A stretch of DNA of 64,000 nt, taken from Candidatus Aminicenantes bacterium (GTDB lineage: Bacteria; Acidobacteriota; Aminicenantia; Aminicenantales; JAFGBC01). The stretch is from the NCBI GenBank assembly GCA_963702005.1, contig OY969696.1:3104001-3168000 (forward strand), in the 5' to 3' direction. The notes under the pieces were generated by a model that was given only the letters and a program-made list of their open reading frames with translations, was not told the DNA's origin and did not search any database. The position numbers and the translations under genes were made by a program. Below, in pieces: positions 28,880-39,014 of the stretch; positions within the stretch are counted from its first letter, which is position 1; each line of letters opens with the position of its first letter.

Positions 28880-29400
28880 CTTATCTGGAAGGCGAGTATG
28901 AGAACGGCGGCATAAAGTCGATAAGGCAGAGGAGGCAGCGCAAGGACTCGTATTTCGACGGCTACGAATATCGCGGATACAAGGTCAAGACTAAGCTGGC
29001 CATCGAAGGACGCAGGGAATACAAGCCGCTGAAGCTTTCGAACTCTTCAGACGTTTTCGGCGCTTTCAGGAAGCTTCACGAGGCGGACAAGGAGAAGTTC
29101 TATTCCGTTCTCCTCGACACCAAGAACAAGGTCATAGGGGTTGACATGGTGAGCCAGGGCTCGCTGGAATCAGCTCCGGTCGCTCCCCGAGAAGTTTACA
29201 AGGCCGCACTTCTCGCATCCGCCGCTTCGGTCATATTCATTCATTCCCATCCTTCGGGCGAACCCGAGCCTTCCTCCGCCGACATAGAGCTCACCCGCCA
29301 GCTCAAGCAGGTCGGCCAGCTTATGGGCATCCAGGTGCTCGACCACGTGATCATCGGGCGCGGCAAGTTCTACAGCTTTGCGGACAAGGGGGAATTATGA
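28876..29400 (+). CDS. radC: RadC-like JAB domain protein
   Basis: EKFYSVLLDTKN, PREVYK, HSHPSG, PSSAD, LDHVIIG. Confidence 0.9.
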   Translation: MTYLEGEYENGGIKSIRQRRQRKDSYFDGYEYRGYKVKTKLAIEGRREYKPLKLSNSSDVFGAFRKLHEADKEKFYSVLLDTKNKVIGVDMVSQGSLESAPVAPREVYKAALLASAASVIFIHSHPSGEPEPSSADIELTRQLKQVGQLMGIQVLDHVIIGRGKFYSFADKGEL

Positions 29401-29621
29401 CCGGCGGCCTGCACGAAGTCCGGGTTCGCTTGCCCGGATTTAGGAGATACAAAGGATATTCCGACCTGATTGATACTTACTGCTGCTCGGCTACGTCATG
29501 CTACTATGTCGAGTTTCCCGCGCTCGGATACGAAGGCTACTTCCAGAAGTCGGACGTTGAAGTCAAAGAGGTGAGAATATCGAGTTCAGAAAAAAAGAAT
29601 TGTCGGTTGAAGAAACGATGA
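29397..29621 (+). CDS. Hypothetical protein
   Basis: ATGA-coupled on both sides. Confidence 0.55.
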   Translation: MTGGLHEVRVRLPGFRRYKGYSDLIDTYCCSATSCYYVEFPALGYEGYFQKSDVEVKEVRISSSEKKNCRLKKR

Positions 29622-29902
29622 AGCGCTATCCCAGGCTGACGGCGCATGTCATAGCCGAGTCGCTCGGCTACGCCACTCCATCGTGCGCTGCACGCATTCT
29701 GAAAGACGCGAGGGAGAGGAAGGAGAACTACTGCGAGTGGATCGACGCCTGCTACGGCGGCGACCCGCTTCCTGCGGTAAAGAACGCGATAAGGAACAGG
29801 CACACGCACAGCGGTTTCATGGCCGAATACAAGCTCGCGCTGGCGCTCGTGCGGAAGGCGCTCGAAACAAGCGACGAGCCGGTCTTTGCGAGCTGGTTTT
29901 AA
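29618..29902 (+). CDS. Hypothetical protein
   Basis: Coupled operon gene. Confidence 0.65.
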   Translation: MKRYPRLTAHVIAESLGYATPSCAARILKDARERKENYCEWIDACYGGDPLPAVKNAIRNRHTHSGFMAEYKLALALVRKALETSDEPVFASWF

Positions 29903-30078
29903 TGAAGAGAATCAATCTGACTTTCGACGATATCGAACCTCTAGAACGAGCATTAAACAAATACGCTTCCATGGGAAGCGGCCTAGTCTTTTACAAGGGC
30001 GAAGGCTGGGACTGGAGGATGGCCAGGTATGCCCTGGAGGACTTGAAGGCGCGCAGGGATGGAGAAAAGGGACGCTGA
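29902..30078 (+). CDS. 58-aa hypothetical protein
   Basis: TAATG coupling; MKRINLTFDD... Confidence 0.55.
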   Translation: MKRINLTFDDIEPLERALNKYASMGSGLVFYKGEGWDWRMARYALEDLKARRDGEKGR

Positions 30079-30124
30079 AATTCCCTTCATGGCGAGCCGG
30101 TTTTATAGCGAAAGAGGTGGGAAA

Positions 30125-30415
30125 GTGACAAAATTCGATACGGATGGGAAGCATTTATATATCGACGGCAAGAAGGTCCTGCGCGGCTGGGAGTCGTTCT
30201 CTGGCTGGTACTGGTTCGCTACTGAAAAAGCGAACGAGCAGATGAGCGACCTGGGCGACGGCAAGCCGGTCAAGGACACGATTTATTTCGGCCTGGTCCA
30301 GGGTCTTGAGGAGGAATGGGGCTACTTCTCCCAGGCGGAAATCGAGAGCCTCAGGCCGAAGACGTGGGAAATCCCGAAGAAGAATTTGCCTTATTCGGGA
30401 AGACGTAGCAATTAA
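30125..30415 (+). CDS. DUF2958-like protein
   Basis: GWYWFATE...YFGLVQGLEEEWGYFSQAEI. Confidence 0.7.
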   Translation: MTKFDTDGKHLYIDGKKVLRGWESFSGWYWFATEKANEQMSDLGDGKPVKDTIYFGLVQGLEEEWGYFSQAEIESLRPKTWEIPKKNLPYSGRRSN

Positions 30416-30499
30416 TGGTTTTGTTCATCTTTTTATGTCCATGTTGAAAACATATCGATTATAAAGTATAAGTTTTACTAGAATATCGGAGGTAGGGTT

Positions 30500-31345
30500 A
30501 TGCCAGATAAAACGAGCCTGAAATTAGATAATCCTGATATTGGGAGGATCCCAGTTGGCAAGATTTCTTTTGAAAAATGGAATGTGAGAACTCTCGACAG
30601 AAATAAAGGTGTAGGGGAACTCGCAGAGAGCATTCTAAAATATGGGCTCCTGCAGCCTATAGTAGTGATTGAAGAAAAAGCCGGGTTCGAGTTAATTATT
30701 GGCCAGCGCAGGCTTCTTGCTTTTAAAGAACTAATCAAACAAGGCCACAGCCAATTTAAAGATATTCCGGCAATAATACTTCACAAAAAAGCAGACGAAG
30801 AAGATCTAAAAATTCTATCCCTATCCGAGAACATCCATAGAGTCGAACTAAATAGAGCGGATATTGTAGAGGTTGTTAGCTTCTTATACAAGAAATACAA
30901 CAAATCAGCAAAAAAGGTATCGCGGCTTCTCGGCAAGAGTGTATCCTACATTTATGAACACCTTAAAATCCAGGATGCACCCACAGAAATCAAGCAAATG
31001 CTGGCATCTAGAGAATTGAGAAAAGAAGACGTCAAAAGACTAATGGAGGTTGCCGCTGACGATAAGAATAAAATGCTCGAATTAGCGAAAGAAATGAAAA
31101 GCCTTACTGCTCCCGAGAAGACAAGGCTTGTTGAAATAGGGAAGAAGAAACCGCAAATTAAGTCGAAAGACCTTATCGAGGAAGTAAGAAAACCGAGAAT
31201 CGAAGAAAAGGTTATTGTCCCCTTGACTCCCGAGCTGCTTTCAGCACTTGATAATGCAGTGAAGGCAATCGGTTTAAGCAGAGAGGAAATCGCCAGAAAA
31301 GCACTAGAGGACTGGCTTGATAATAAAGGATATCTCAAAGGGTAA
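30500..31345 (+). CDS. ParB/Srx-domain protein with HTH and C-terminal RHH
   Basis: LAESILKYGLLQPIVV, GQRRLLA, SLSENIHR; C-terminal RHH-like IVPLTPEL...EIARKAL. Confidence 0.9.
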   Translation: MPDKTSLKLDNPDIGRIPVGKISFEKWNVRTLDRNKGVGELAESILKYGLLQPIVVIEEKAGFELIIGQRRLLAFKELIKQGHSQFKDIPAIILHKKADEEDLKILSLSENIHRVELNRADIVEVVSFLYKKYNKSAKKVSRLLGKSVSYIYEHLKIQDAPTEIKQMLASRELRKEDVKRLMEVAADDKNKMLELAKEMKSLTAPEKTRLVEIGKKKPQIKSKDLIEEVRKPRIEEKVIVPLTPELLSALDNAVKAIGLSREEIARKALEDWLDNKGYLKG

Positions 31346-31347
31346 TA

Positions 31348-32043
31348 ATGGAAATTAAGTCCCTTGCGAAGATTGGAAAAGGAACCAGACGCAAATATAG
31401 AGACCTTGATTTATTAGACGTTTCAGAAGAAATCAAATCACTCTACCTCTCATTAAGATCGTTAAGTAAGGTCGCCGAATTAACCAAACTTTCGCCAGAA
31501 ATGGTTAGAGAGTTCCTGCAAGTGAATAAATTAGACCCTCGCGTAAAGCATCTGATAAAAAAACGGTTCATAAATAGCGTTGATATTGCCTATCGGCTTT
31601 CAAAATTAAAAAAGGATGAACAATACATACTCGCAAAATTGCTAATTAAGAACGACTTCACAAGCAAGGACATCAGAAACATTGTGAATTTTAAAATCGA
31701 CAATCCCCAGATCAGCTTAATAAGAGCGACTGAAAGGGTTATCCAATCGAAAGACAAAAAACTATTCGTTGGCTATTTTGGAATTGAAAAAGATGTTTTT
31801 GATAGCCTTTCGCGGCTCCCGAATAAAAAAAGATCCAATGAAGATATTATTAAATCGTTTTTCCTTGAGATCGTTACAGAGCCCTTTCTGGTCGATTTTG
31901 AGCTTAATGGGAGAGTCGCTATTATTAGAGTCACAAGGGAAGGATTATCTAAACTAAGAATAAGGGCGAGGCTCCTCCGCATTCCTCTTAAGCAAATCGC
32001 AAACAGACTCGTTGTGCAATATTGTAGAGGGCATAATTTATGA
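31348..32043 (+). CDS. ParB-like HTH protein lacking the N-terminal CTPase domain
   Basis: SLSKVAELTKLSPEMVREFL...AYRLSKL. Confidence 0.55.
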   Translation: MEIKSLAKIGKGTRRKYRDLDLLDVSEEIKSLYLSLRSLSKVAELTKLSPEMVREFLQVNKLDPRVKHLIKKRFINSVDIAYRLSKLKKDEQYILAKLLIKNDFTSKDIRNIVNFKIDNPQISLIRATERVIQSKDKKLFVGYFGIEKDVFDSLSRLPNKKRSNEDIIKSFFLEIVTEPFLVDFELNGRVAIIRVTREGLSKLRIRARLLRIPLKQIANRLVVQYCRGHNL

Positions 32044-32645
32044 GTATGAACAGGGCCACTGCCGTATTGGCGCAGGAACTTACAGAACTGCTAAGCAAGT
32101 CCACTCCTTATTCCCTTTCTAGCCCTTCTTTCACGAGTCCAACATTGCATGACTTTGTTAAAGGCCTCATCCTTTCTACAAATATCGTCGATTTCATCGA
32201 AAGACACCTTCCCAATGGATTCAGGGCAGACTGGGGGCAGGTAATTGACACAAAGGATGGAAACATTCTTTCGAAAGAATGTGACATAATCATATACGAG
32301 GGCAAACCTCATAAGAGAATTAAGAATAGATGCATGGACTTTGTTTTAGTAGATAAGAATAAAGCTCGCATCGTAATACAGGTTAAAAGCAGTATTTCGG
32401 TCGTAAAACCGGAAGATAAAGACTATTGCAGGGAGCTAAAAAAGTTTGTGCCAGAGATATGGTTTCTGTGCGAAGCCTGCATCGCTTCAAGCGATAGACG
32501 AATAGTTAAAATAAAGCGTGACCTACAGTCTATCGGCTACAACCGATTTTTTTATTTCTATAAGATTAGAGATAATCCCATAGAAAGGGACATCGCGTAT
32601 AAACCCTTCCTCAAATTTATAAACCTGATAAAGAAACTTAAGTAG
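32040..32645 (+). CDS. DUF6602-like PD-(D/E)XK nuclease
   Basis: FIERHLP...GQVID...SKECDIIIY...IQVKS. Confidence 0.65.
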   Translation: MSMNRATAVLAQELTELLSKSTPYSLSSPSFTSPTLHDFVKGLILSTNIVDFIERHLPNGFRADWGQVIDTKDGNILSKECDIIIYEGKPHKRIKNRCMDFVLVDKNKARIVIQVKSSISVVKPEDKDYCRELKKFVPEIWFLCEACIASSDRRIVKIKRDLQSIGYNRFFYFYKIRDNPIERDIAYKPFLKFINLIKKLK

Positions 32646-32654
32646 TGGTTACGT

Positions 32655-33653
32655 ATGCATAAATCGAAGATTAACAATTCAAATAAAAGGAAAATTAATG
32701 AATGGTGGAAGTCCATAGGTGAATCATTTGTCAATATAAAAATAAAAGGCCTCAGAGTTAAATGCCCGTCCTGTAAAGAAACCGGAATAATTATCACTAG
32801 ATGGATTAAAGGCCCGAAACAAAAGCCTGCTTATGTATTGCATCTAAGAAGTAAGAAATTCTGTAGAATAACCCCCATTCAGTATCATAATTTGAAGAAT
32901 AATATTTCTTTATTTGAGAGTGACATAAAGAACATATTGAATAAGCGAAAGTCTTTTGTTCTATTCAGCGGAGGTAAAGACAGCTTGGCAACTTTGGCTT
33001 ATCTGAAAAGTCTCACGAACGGATCAGGAAGGCATATTGCAGCTATTTATGTTGATACGACAGCAGGTCTCCCTGAAAACACAGAATATATAAAAAAGGT
33101 CTGCAGATATCTTAAGGTAAAACTGAAAATAGTAAGGCCAAAGGTTGATTATTTCACCCTCGTAAAAAAGTGGGGAATCCCAAGTTACCGATATAGATGG
33201 TGTTGCCGGGAACTAAAAATTAAACCGATTGAGGATTTTCTAGCTACCATCAAAGAACCAAAAGTAGTTTTTGATGGCATAAGGGCCGTAGAATCTAGGA
33301 TAAGAAAAGAATATATTCCTATTTGGTATCATCCTAGCTTCAAGTGCTTGTCTGTCAGTCCGATTTTCAATTGGTCTGATCAAGATGTAATATCATATAT
33401 AAATAGCAATGGCATTCCTAAAACCATATTACATTCGCTTGGTTCTTCTACTGAATGTTGGTGTGGAGCTTACAAAACCGAGACAGACTTTAGGAATTTA
33501 TATGATTTGAATAAGGTTATGTTTAAAAAATTAGCGAGAGTTGAAAAAGAGAACAAAAACCGATATACATTTCTTTATAAAAAAGGTCAAAAAATTTCCC
33601 TTAGAATTTTAGAAAAGAAGATTCTTAACGAAAAAAGGCAAGAAGCAAACTAG
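32655..33653 (+). CDS. PAPS-reductase-family (PP-loop) protein with N-terminal Zn ribbon
   Basis: FSGGKDS, VDT, RWCCRELK, GIRAVES.R, PIFNWS, ECWCGA. Confidence 0.85.
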   Translation: MHKSKINNSNKRKINEWWKSIGESFVNIKIKGLRVKCPSCKETGIIITRWIKGPKQKPAYVLHLRSKKFCRITPIQYHNLKNNISLFESDIKNILNKRKSFVLFSGGKDSLATLAYLKSLTNGSGRHIAAIYVDTTAGLPENTEYIKKVCRYLKVKLKIVRPKVDYFTLVKKWGIPSYRYRWCCRELKIKPIEDFLATIKEPKVVFDGIRAVESRIRKEYIPIWYHPSFKCLSVSPIFNWSDQDVISYINSNGIPKTILHSLGSSTECWCGAYKTETDFRNLYDLNKVMFKKLARVEKENKNRYTFLYKKGQKISLRILEKKILNEKRQEAN

Positions 33654-33727
33654 CTTTTTCCCAAAACCAGCGGTAATCCCCTCTTTCCCGCAGATTGACT
33701 ATTCGCTTTAATCCCTATCTAAAAGAT

Positions 33728-36691
33728 CTAAACATTGACACCTTGGTTCTCATAAGAACCCCAATGATAAGCTTCCTGGTCAAGGAGATTATAAAGCGGC
33801 ATCAGATCTTCTGCTTGTATTTTCTTTCCCGAAATCACTGACAACAACTTTGTATCTAACTCTACTCTTAGCCCTTTACCCTGGGTTGCTTCCTTAAACT
33901 GGTCTTGAAGAAGAGGAAATTTATCATTCTTTATCTTGTCATAAAACTTCCCAAGCTCGTCTATATCTTTGGAGCCGATTTTTGTTATGTCAAGCGTTAA
34001 CAATTTTTCCAGTCTTCCTTTTTTCATGCCTGTCCAGGGACCTTCCGTGACTTCAAGTTCTGACATTAAAAGCAAAAGTCCCGGAGTGGAATTAAGCCAT
34101 AAAGCGAAAATTTTACATGCATCTTCCGGCGTTATCTTTTCTAAGGTCGGTTTAATTGACCACCAGACATTCGAAAGGACGGGTTTTGTACAATTGAGTG
34201 CAATCAGCGGAGTTGAATTCAAACGAACTCTTTCGGCGATAATAAGGTTGCTCGAAGCTTTTATTATGGTGTTCATATCCATGCCAGGCTTTGGGGCTAG
34301 CTTTGTGTTTGGCTGAATCTCTATCTCGTTCATTTCTTTCAGCCTCCCCCAAACGCTATAGATTAACCCACCCTTGTCTACGACCTCGAAACTATCATGG
34401 ACTTGGTGCCTGTCTGGCCCGACTTTAGCAATTGAATCAAGACTTGTTAAATGCAGATCGATTTCTTTTTTCCCCGGCAACAGCAGTTCTTCTCTCGTGC
34501 GCATCGCATAAGCAATCTTAGTAATCTCAGGATTTGCAAATGCAATTATCCTGCCAAAATTATCTACATTTTCTTTTATGATTTCACTTTCAACTGAATA
34601 CAATTTAGCAACAACCTCTCCATCATTTCTTATAGTCTGAGGCCAGGCATTTGGATCCGAGAATAAATCATATGCTTCTGTTTTTTGGGCTGCATTGAAA
34701 TTACTAATAATCTGTTTTGAAAGCACAAGAGACTCAAAAACGTTACTTGGTTTTCTGTGCAATACTACAAGTATAGTTTTTCCAGGCTCTTCTTTTTCTT
34801 CTAATTTTCTTGCAACGAAAAGGCATTCGCTTAAATCAGTATTCTCGCTGAAATTATAGCTTTTAGGTTCAGCACTAACGATAATGTATTCAAGATGATA
34901 ACCGCCTTGCTCCCACTCTTTTCTTTCCCGTTCTGATGACAGCAATGCTCTAATTTTTTCCCATGAATCTCCTGAGAGCAAGTTTCGTGGCAAGACAAAT
35001 GCTATTCTTCCTCCTTTTTTAACATATTTGTCCGCAAGCACAACAAAAACCGCCCCGAGCCCTGCTTGTCCTATACCTTCGAATCCATATTTTTTCAGCA
35101 GATCGGACAAGTTCTTCTTCATCAATTCCCGTAGCTTTGTATTCTCAACATGGCCGAACATAAGATTATCTCCGCAAGAGCGTGCAAAAGGAGGATTCAT
35201 AATAATCAGATCAAACATCTGGGGATTTAATTTAATGGATTCAATTTTACGTTCTTTTACCCCAACTCTCACTGGCCCCCTTTCATCGCCGTACATTATT
35301 TTGCTTTTTAGAACCTGAGATCCGCCAGCAAGAAAATTAATGCTGCCCAAATCACCTCTTTCTCCTATGGGAAGGACATAAATGTTGGTTTTATCAAAAA
35401 TGGTTTCTGAATTATGCAAAGCCAAAGTGACAGTGGCAATATGTGCTGCATAAAGCATAACATCAAAACCATAAATTGAATTTTCAATCAAGTTCCTATG
35501 AAGGGTTTTCGTATCAATATCCTTGTCCTTTTCCGCAGAGGCTATTATGTGTTTATCTTCTATCGCCCTATAGGTCGCCGAAAGAAGAGTCCCCGACCCG
35601 CATGCCATATCTACGACTTTCAGACATTTAATTTTATCGGGGTCGGTCCAGTCAATCTTTCCCCAAAGCGATTCTTTCGTATCAAGGCACAATCTCGCTA
35701 AAAGCCACGCCGCAGGGACGCTCGTATAATATGTAGCAAGATGCTTTGCGATTTTTTCAAAAAGTAGTTTGTGATAAATCCTCCCCATAAGGTCGTGCTT
35801 GAGCAAAGCTTTTCCAGCAGCAATGTAATATGAAGTCTTTATCACTTTTTCCATTGCTATTTCAGCGACATTAGGCAACAAATCTAGCATTAGACCGGAA
35901 AGGACAAATACTGGTTCATAGTCTATCTTCAAGGCTTCTTCAAAGCTTCTTTTAAGAGTCGATATCCAGGTCTTTTCCTTCTTTTTTGTTTTATCAAAAC
36001 CCGTAAGTCCGCTTTTGTCGGAAATTACGTTATAGAATATCGAAGCGTCTAGAAGAACCAGCATTGCCATCTTTATTGTTCTAACTCGTTCGTCCCCATT
36101 TTTTGGCTTGGTTACTTCCATTACTTCGGCAAGTCTGTCAGTTAATCTCTTGACAGCATCATCTGCACCTAATCTGTGAATAATTTCTTCAGTTGCTTCA
36201 TTAATCGTATTGTTTAGTTCGTCAACGGCCTCAGTTAAAATGTCGGCGGATACAACTTCATTAATAGCAGATCTAATGATTTTGCCAAGACTATTTACAT
36301 CAACCTCTTCCCAGCTAATTTTCTGTTCTGGCTCGGACCTTCCGGGAATCCAGATTGCCACTTCATATTTTGATTTTTTTAGAATCGGCTTAAGCTCATT
36401 CATCGGGGTAAATAGCTTATCCGTCTTTGCAAGATGATAAATAACCCCGATTGAAACGTCACAGAGGCCTTCTCTCACTCTCTTGCTACATTGATCCGCA
36501 AGCTCGTTTCTTGCAGTCTGTTTTGGAAGCTTACCTTCGAGTATTACTTTTACGCCCTCTAAAAGCATAAAAACGTCGGGTTTTCGAATATCAGTTTTAC
36601 CCTTCATAACTAGCTCGCCTGCTCCGACTAAGCCATGTTTCGTTAGTAATTCGGCGAGCATTACATTCAATGCTGGTTCGCTATATTCCAT
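33728..36691 (-). CDS. Fused restriction-modification enzyme (type IIG-like, N6-adenine MTase)
   Basis: N-terminal PDV...ILEGK, YYT, DMACGSGTLL, MNPPF, C-terminal specificity region. Confidence 0.88.
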   Translation of the reverse strand: MEYSEPALNVMLAELLTKHGLVGAGELVMKGKTDIRKPDVFMLLEGVKVILEGKLPKQTARNELADQCSKRVREGLCDVSIGVIYHLAKTDKLFTPMNELKPILKKSKYEVAIWIPGRSEPEQKISWEEVDVNSLGKIIRSAINEVVSADILTEAVDELNNTINEATEEIIHRLGADDAVKRLTDRLAEVMEVTKPKNGDERVRTIKMAMLVLLDASIFYNVISDKSGLTGFDKTKKKEKTWISTLKRSFEEALKIDYEPVFVLSGLMLDLLPNVAEIAMEKVIKTSYYIAAGKALLKHDLMGRIYHKLLFEKIAKHLATYYTSVPAAWLLARLCLDTKESLWGKIDWTDPDKIKCLKVVDMACGSGTLLSATYRAIEDKHIIASAEKDKDIDTKTLHRNLIENSIYGFDVMLYAAHIATVTLALHNSETIFDKTNIYVLPIGERGDLGSINFLAGGSQVLKSKIMYGDERGPVRVGVKERKIESIKLNPQMFDLIIMNPPFARSCGDNLMFGHVENTKLRELMKKNLSDLLKKYGFEGIGQAGLGAVFVVLADKYVKKGGRIAFVLPRNLLSGDSWEKIRALLSSERERKEWEQGGYHLEYIIVSAEPKSYNFSENTDLSECLFVARKLEEKEEPGKTILVVLHRKPSNVFESLVLSKQIISNFNAAQKTEAYDLFSDPNAWPQTIRNDGEVVAKLYSVESEIIKENVDNFGRIIAFANPEITKIAYAMRTREELLLPGKKEIDLHLTSLDSIAKVGPDRHQVHDSFEVVDKGGLIYSVWGRLKEMNEIEIQPNTKLAPKPGMDMNTIIKASSNLIIAERVRLNSTPLIALNCTKPVLSNVWWSIKPTLEKITPEDACKIFALWLNSTPGLLLLMSELEVTEGPWTGMKKGRLEKLLTLDITKIGSKDIDELGKFYDKIKNDKFPLLQDQFKEATQGKGLRVELDTKLLSVISGKKIQAEDLMPLYNLLDQEAYHWGSYENQGVNV

Positions 36692-37156
36692 ATTTCCCTC
36701 TTAATTATCCTTTAGATATCTTCAGCTCAGGTTTAATAAAACTTTATCAGAACGCCTTAAATCTCTCAAGCACTATGATTTTGAGAAATTCAGAGGCTTT
36801 TTGCGTCTATGTAACTGAGGCGAACATCCCGCTCACGCGGTCTTTTTCGTAACCGGGAGGCCAGGGGAAACCCGGCCTCCGCCCGCCTCACTCCCTTCAA
36901 TTGGCCAAGTCTAAGCAGAATTTCGCTCTTGTTTTGATTCTACGTGTCTTTTTTGGCAGGGCCGAAGGCTAAGACCGGCCAGAAACCTGATAAAGCGCTG
37001 CTTTTAGGCCAACTCCCGGAAAAACAAGTCCCTAGAATGCCCGCAAGGCAATTTTTTCAAAGCGGTCAAGGCAACTTGCCCTAGGGATGGGGCCCGAATC
37101 GGGCTTACAGAAGGTCCGCTGACCCGATATAGCGGACCAGAGACGCCAATTCGCAG

Positions 37157-38354
37157 CTATCCTTGGGGATATTCATCTTCACTGGACTCGGTAGTCGCTG
37201 GCTTTGCGAAAAAACCACTTTCATTCCGAATCTCCTCCATTCTCTTTCTGATGCTCTTCCCTCCATTCAGGCATATAGAGATAATACAAATCAAACGAAT
37301 GTCCAACTCCTGGTTTGCTTTGTTCCGTGGCAATTCCGACAATCGTCTTGCAGTCCAAATTCAAACCTCTCGCTATAAAACAACGCACTCCGAGCTCGGC
37401 ACGTCTATATTTCCTTTCAATGGTATGAGGCAAGGCGAGCAAGACATAAATTATGCCAGAGGGAGAACGTAACATTCGAGCCCTCACCTTGTTCTGTGAG
37501 GACAGAAGAATGAATTCACGGAACAATTTCCCAAGGATTCTTCGGCTAAATCTATCTTCTCGGGCCATGGTCCTAAGAATAATGTCTCCATCGTCTGGCG
37601 AACTGCTGAATTCAAGATTTCCCTTCAATACGTCTTTTGCAATATCTTCAATTACATCGTCCCATAAATAGCTTATCTTATCTTCTTCTATTTTCCTCTG
37701 ATATTCTGGCTTTTTCGCAAAAGAATCCCATAACCCACCTTCTATATGGACAACATCATAATTCGCCGGAAGCTTTTTCCCTGAGTGCAAGTAGAGTGCC
37801 AAGAGGTTTTCTTCTCCTGCCAAAAAAGGCGTTTCTTTGCCGGCCATATAAAACTCCTCTTTTGCTGAGAGGTAACTGATAAAATCTAATATCGTATCGA
37901 GCTCTCGAAGGATTATGCTAAAAGACATCTCATCCAGAACATGAACGAATCCTTTTCCAAGATCTCCGTATATCATGGGGACCTTATCTTTGCTACCCAA
38001 AGCGACGACCACACGATGGAATTTCCGCTCATGTTCAGCCGGAAGCCTTAATTCTCGACTCCCGTTACTTTTTATTAGATGACTGGCCTTCTTAAGCCAT
38101 CGTTCCGCTCCGTAAACCTGTTTGGCGGACTCCTCTATGGCCTTGCGATTCCAGCGCTTCCAGTCTATCTGAATATCCTCACCTTCCGTTACGTTGATTT
38201 CCTTCACGCTAAAGACAACGATATCGGGTTCACAGACTATAAGAATGTCGCAGAGTTCTTTCCCGTTTTCCCTAGGGGGATTGGCATGGCTCCATAAAGA
38301 CAGAAATGTTTCTTGGCAGATATGAAAGACAAATTCTTCCGACTTGTTCTTCAT
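37157..38354 (-). CDS. NERD-like nuclease-related protein, probable frameshift near C-terminus
   Basis: ELCDILIV...FSVK..Q; in-frame stop at 37221, a second frame continues RMEEIRNESGFF...EDEYPQG to 37157. Confidence 0.65.
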
Positions 38355-38361
38355 TCCATCG

Positions 38362-38682
38362 TTATCTCTTTACATATTCGTTATAAATTGCTTCGAGTTC
38401 CCCGTTAAGTGCTTCCATGTTCTTCTTGATAGGCTTCAGTACCGACTCTGCGCTATTTGCTCCAATTTTCCCGCTTTTTAAATCAGTTTCTAACGAATCG
38501 AGACTTGCGCAAACGCTCTTGGCCTGACTTGACAGATGCCCTATTCTTTTGATTGCGTTTTTCATTTCATTTACCAGCTTTTCATCTTTTTTATAGAAGT
38601 GATGCGAAATGAAGAATCCTATGATCCCGCCAAGTATGACGCCTGCTACTGTCGAAGTCATTGTTATGGCTAGCGCGCTCAT
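38362..38682 (-). CDS. Single-TM coiled-coil protein
   Basis: N-terminal TM, heptad pattern; GGAGG SD. Confidence 0.7.
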   Translation of the reverse strand: MSALAITMTSTVAGVILGGIIGFFISHHFYKKDEKLVNEMKNAIKRIGHLSSQAKSVCASLDSLETDLKSGKIGANSAESVLKPIKKNMEALNGELEAIYNEYVKR

Positions 38683-38992
38683 GGAACCCTCCTAAATCTT
38701 ATAGGAAATAATAGGCTCTTCTGTGATATATCGCAAGGTCTTCCTTATTGACTTCGGGCAATATTTTCGTCTACGCACACTTCATAAAGATAAAATTTTC
38801 TCAGCGGAGATTCAGGTTTCCGCCTGTCTCATCAAGAAGAACTCTTGAATTTTCAGAAATATGATACAATGCATATGGCTTTCTTGAGCCGGCTGGGGAG
38901 AGCCCCCACCTTGATGGTTCCCATCAAAACCCCCCTTTTGCTGACAACAGCCGGCATCTTGGGCATCGAGAAAGCGACATGACTTTCCAGAA

Positions 38993-39014
38993 TTCCAGGG
39001 ACGTTCCAGGGACG
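38993..39014. repeat. Tandem 11-bp repeat TTCCAGGGACG x2 (integrase arm-type site)
   Basis: Direct repeat ~110 bp from the tRNA-Leu fragment. Confidence 0.5.

Noticed and set aside
30500-33653. Canonical Dnd/Ssp phosphorothioation or ParABS partition locus
   Set aside because: No recognisable DndD/DndE/SspB/SspC or ParA; kept only as a non-canonical hypothesis.
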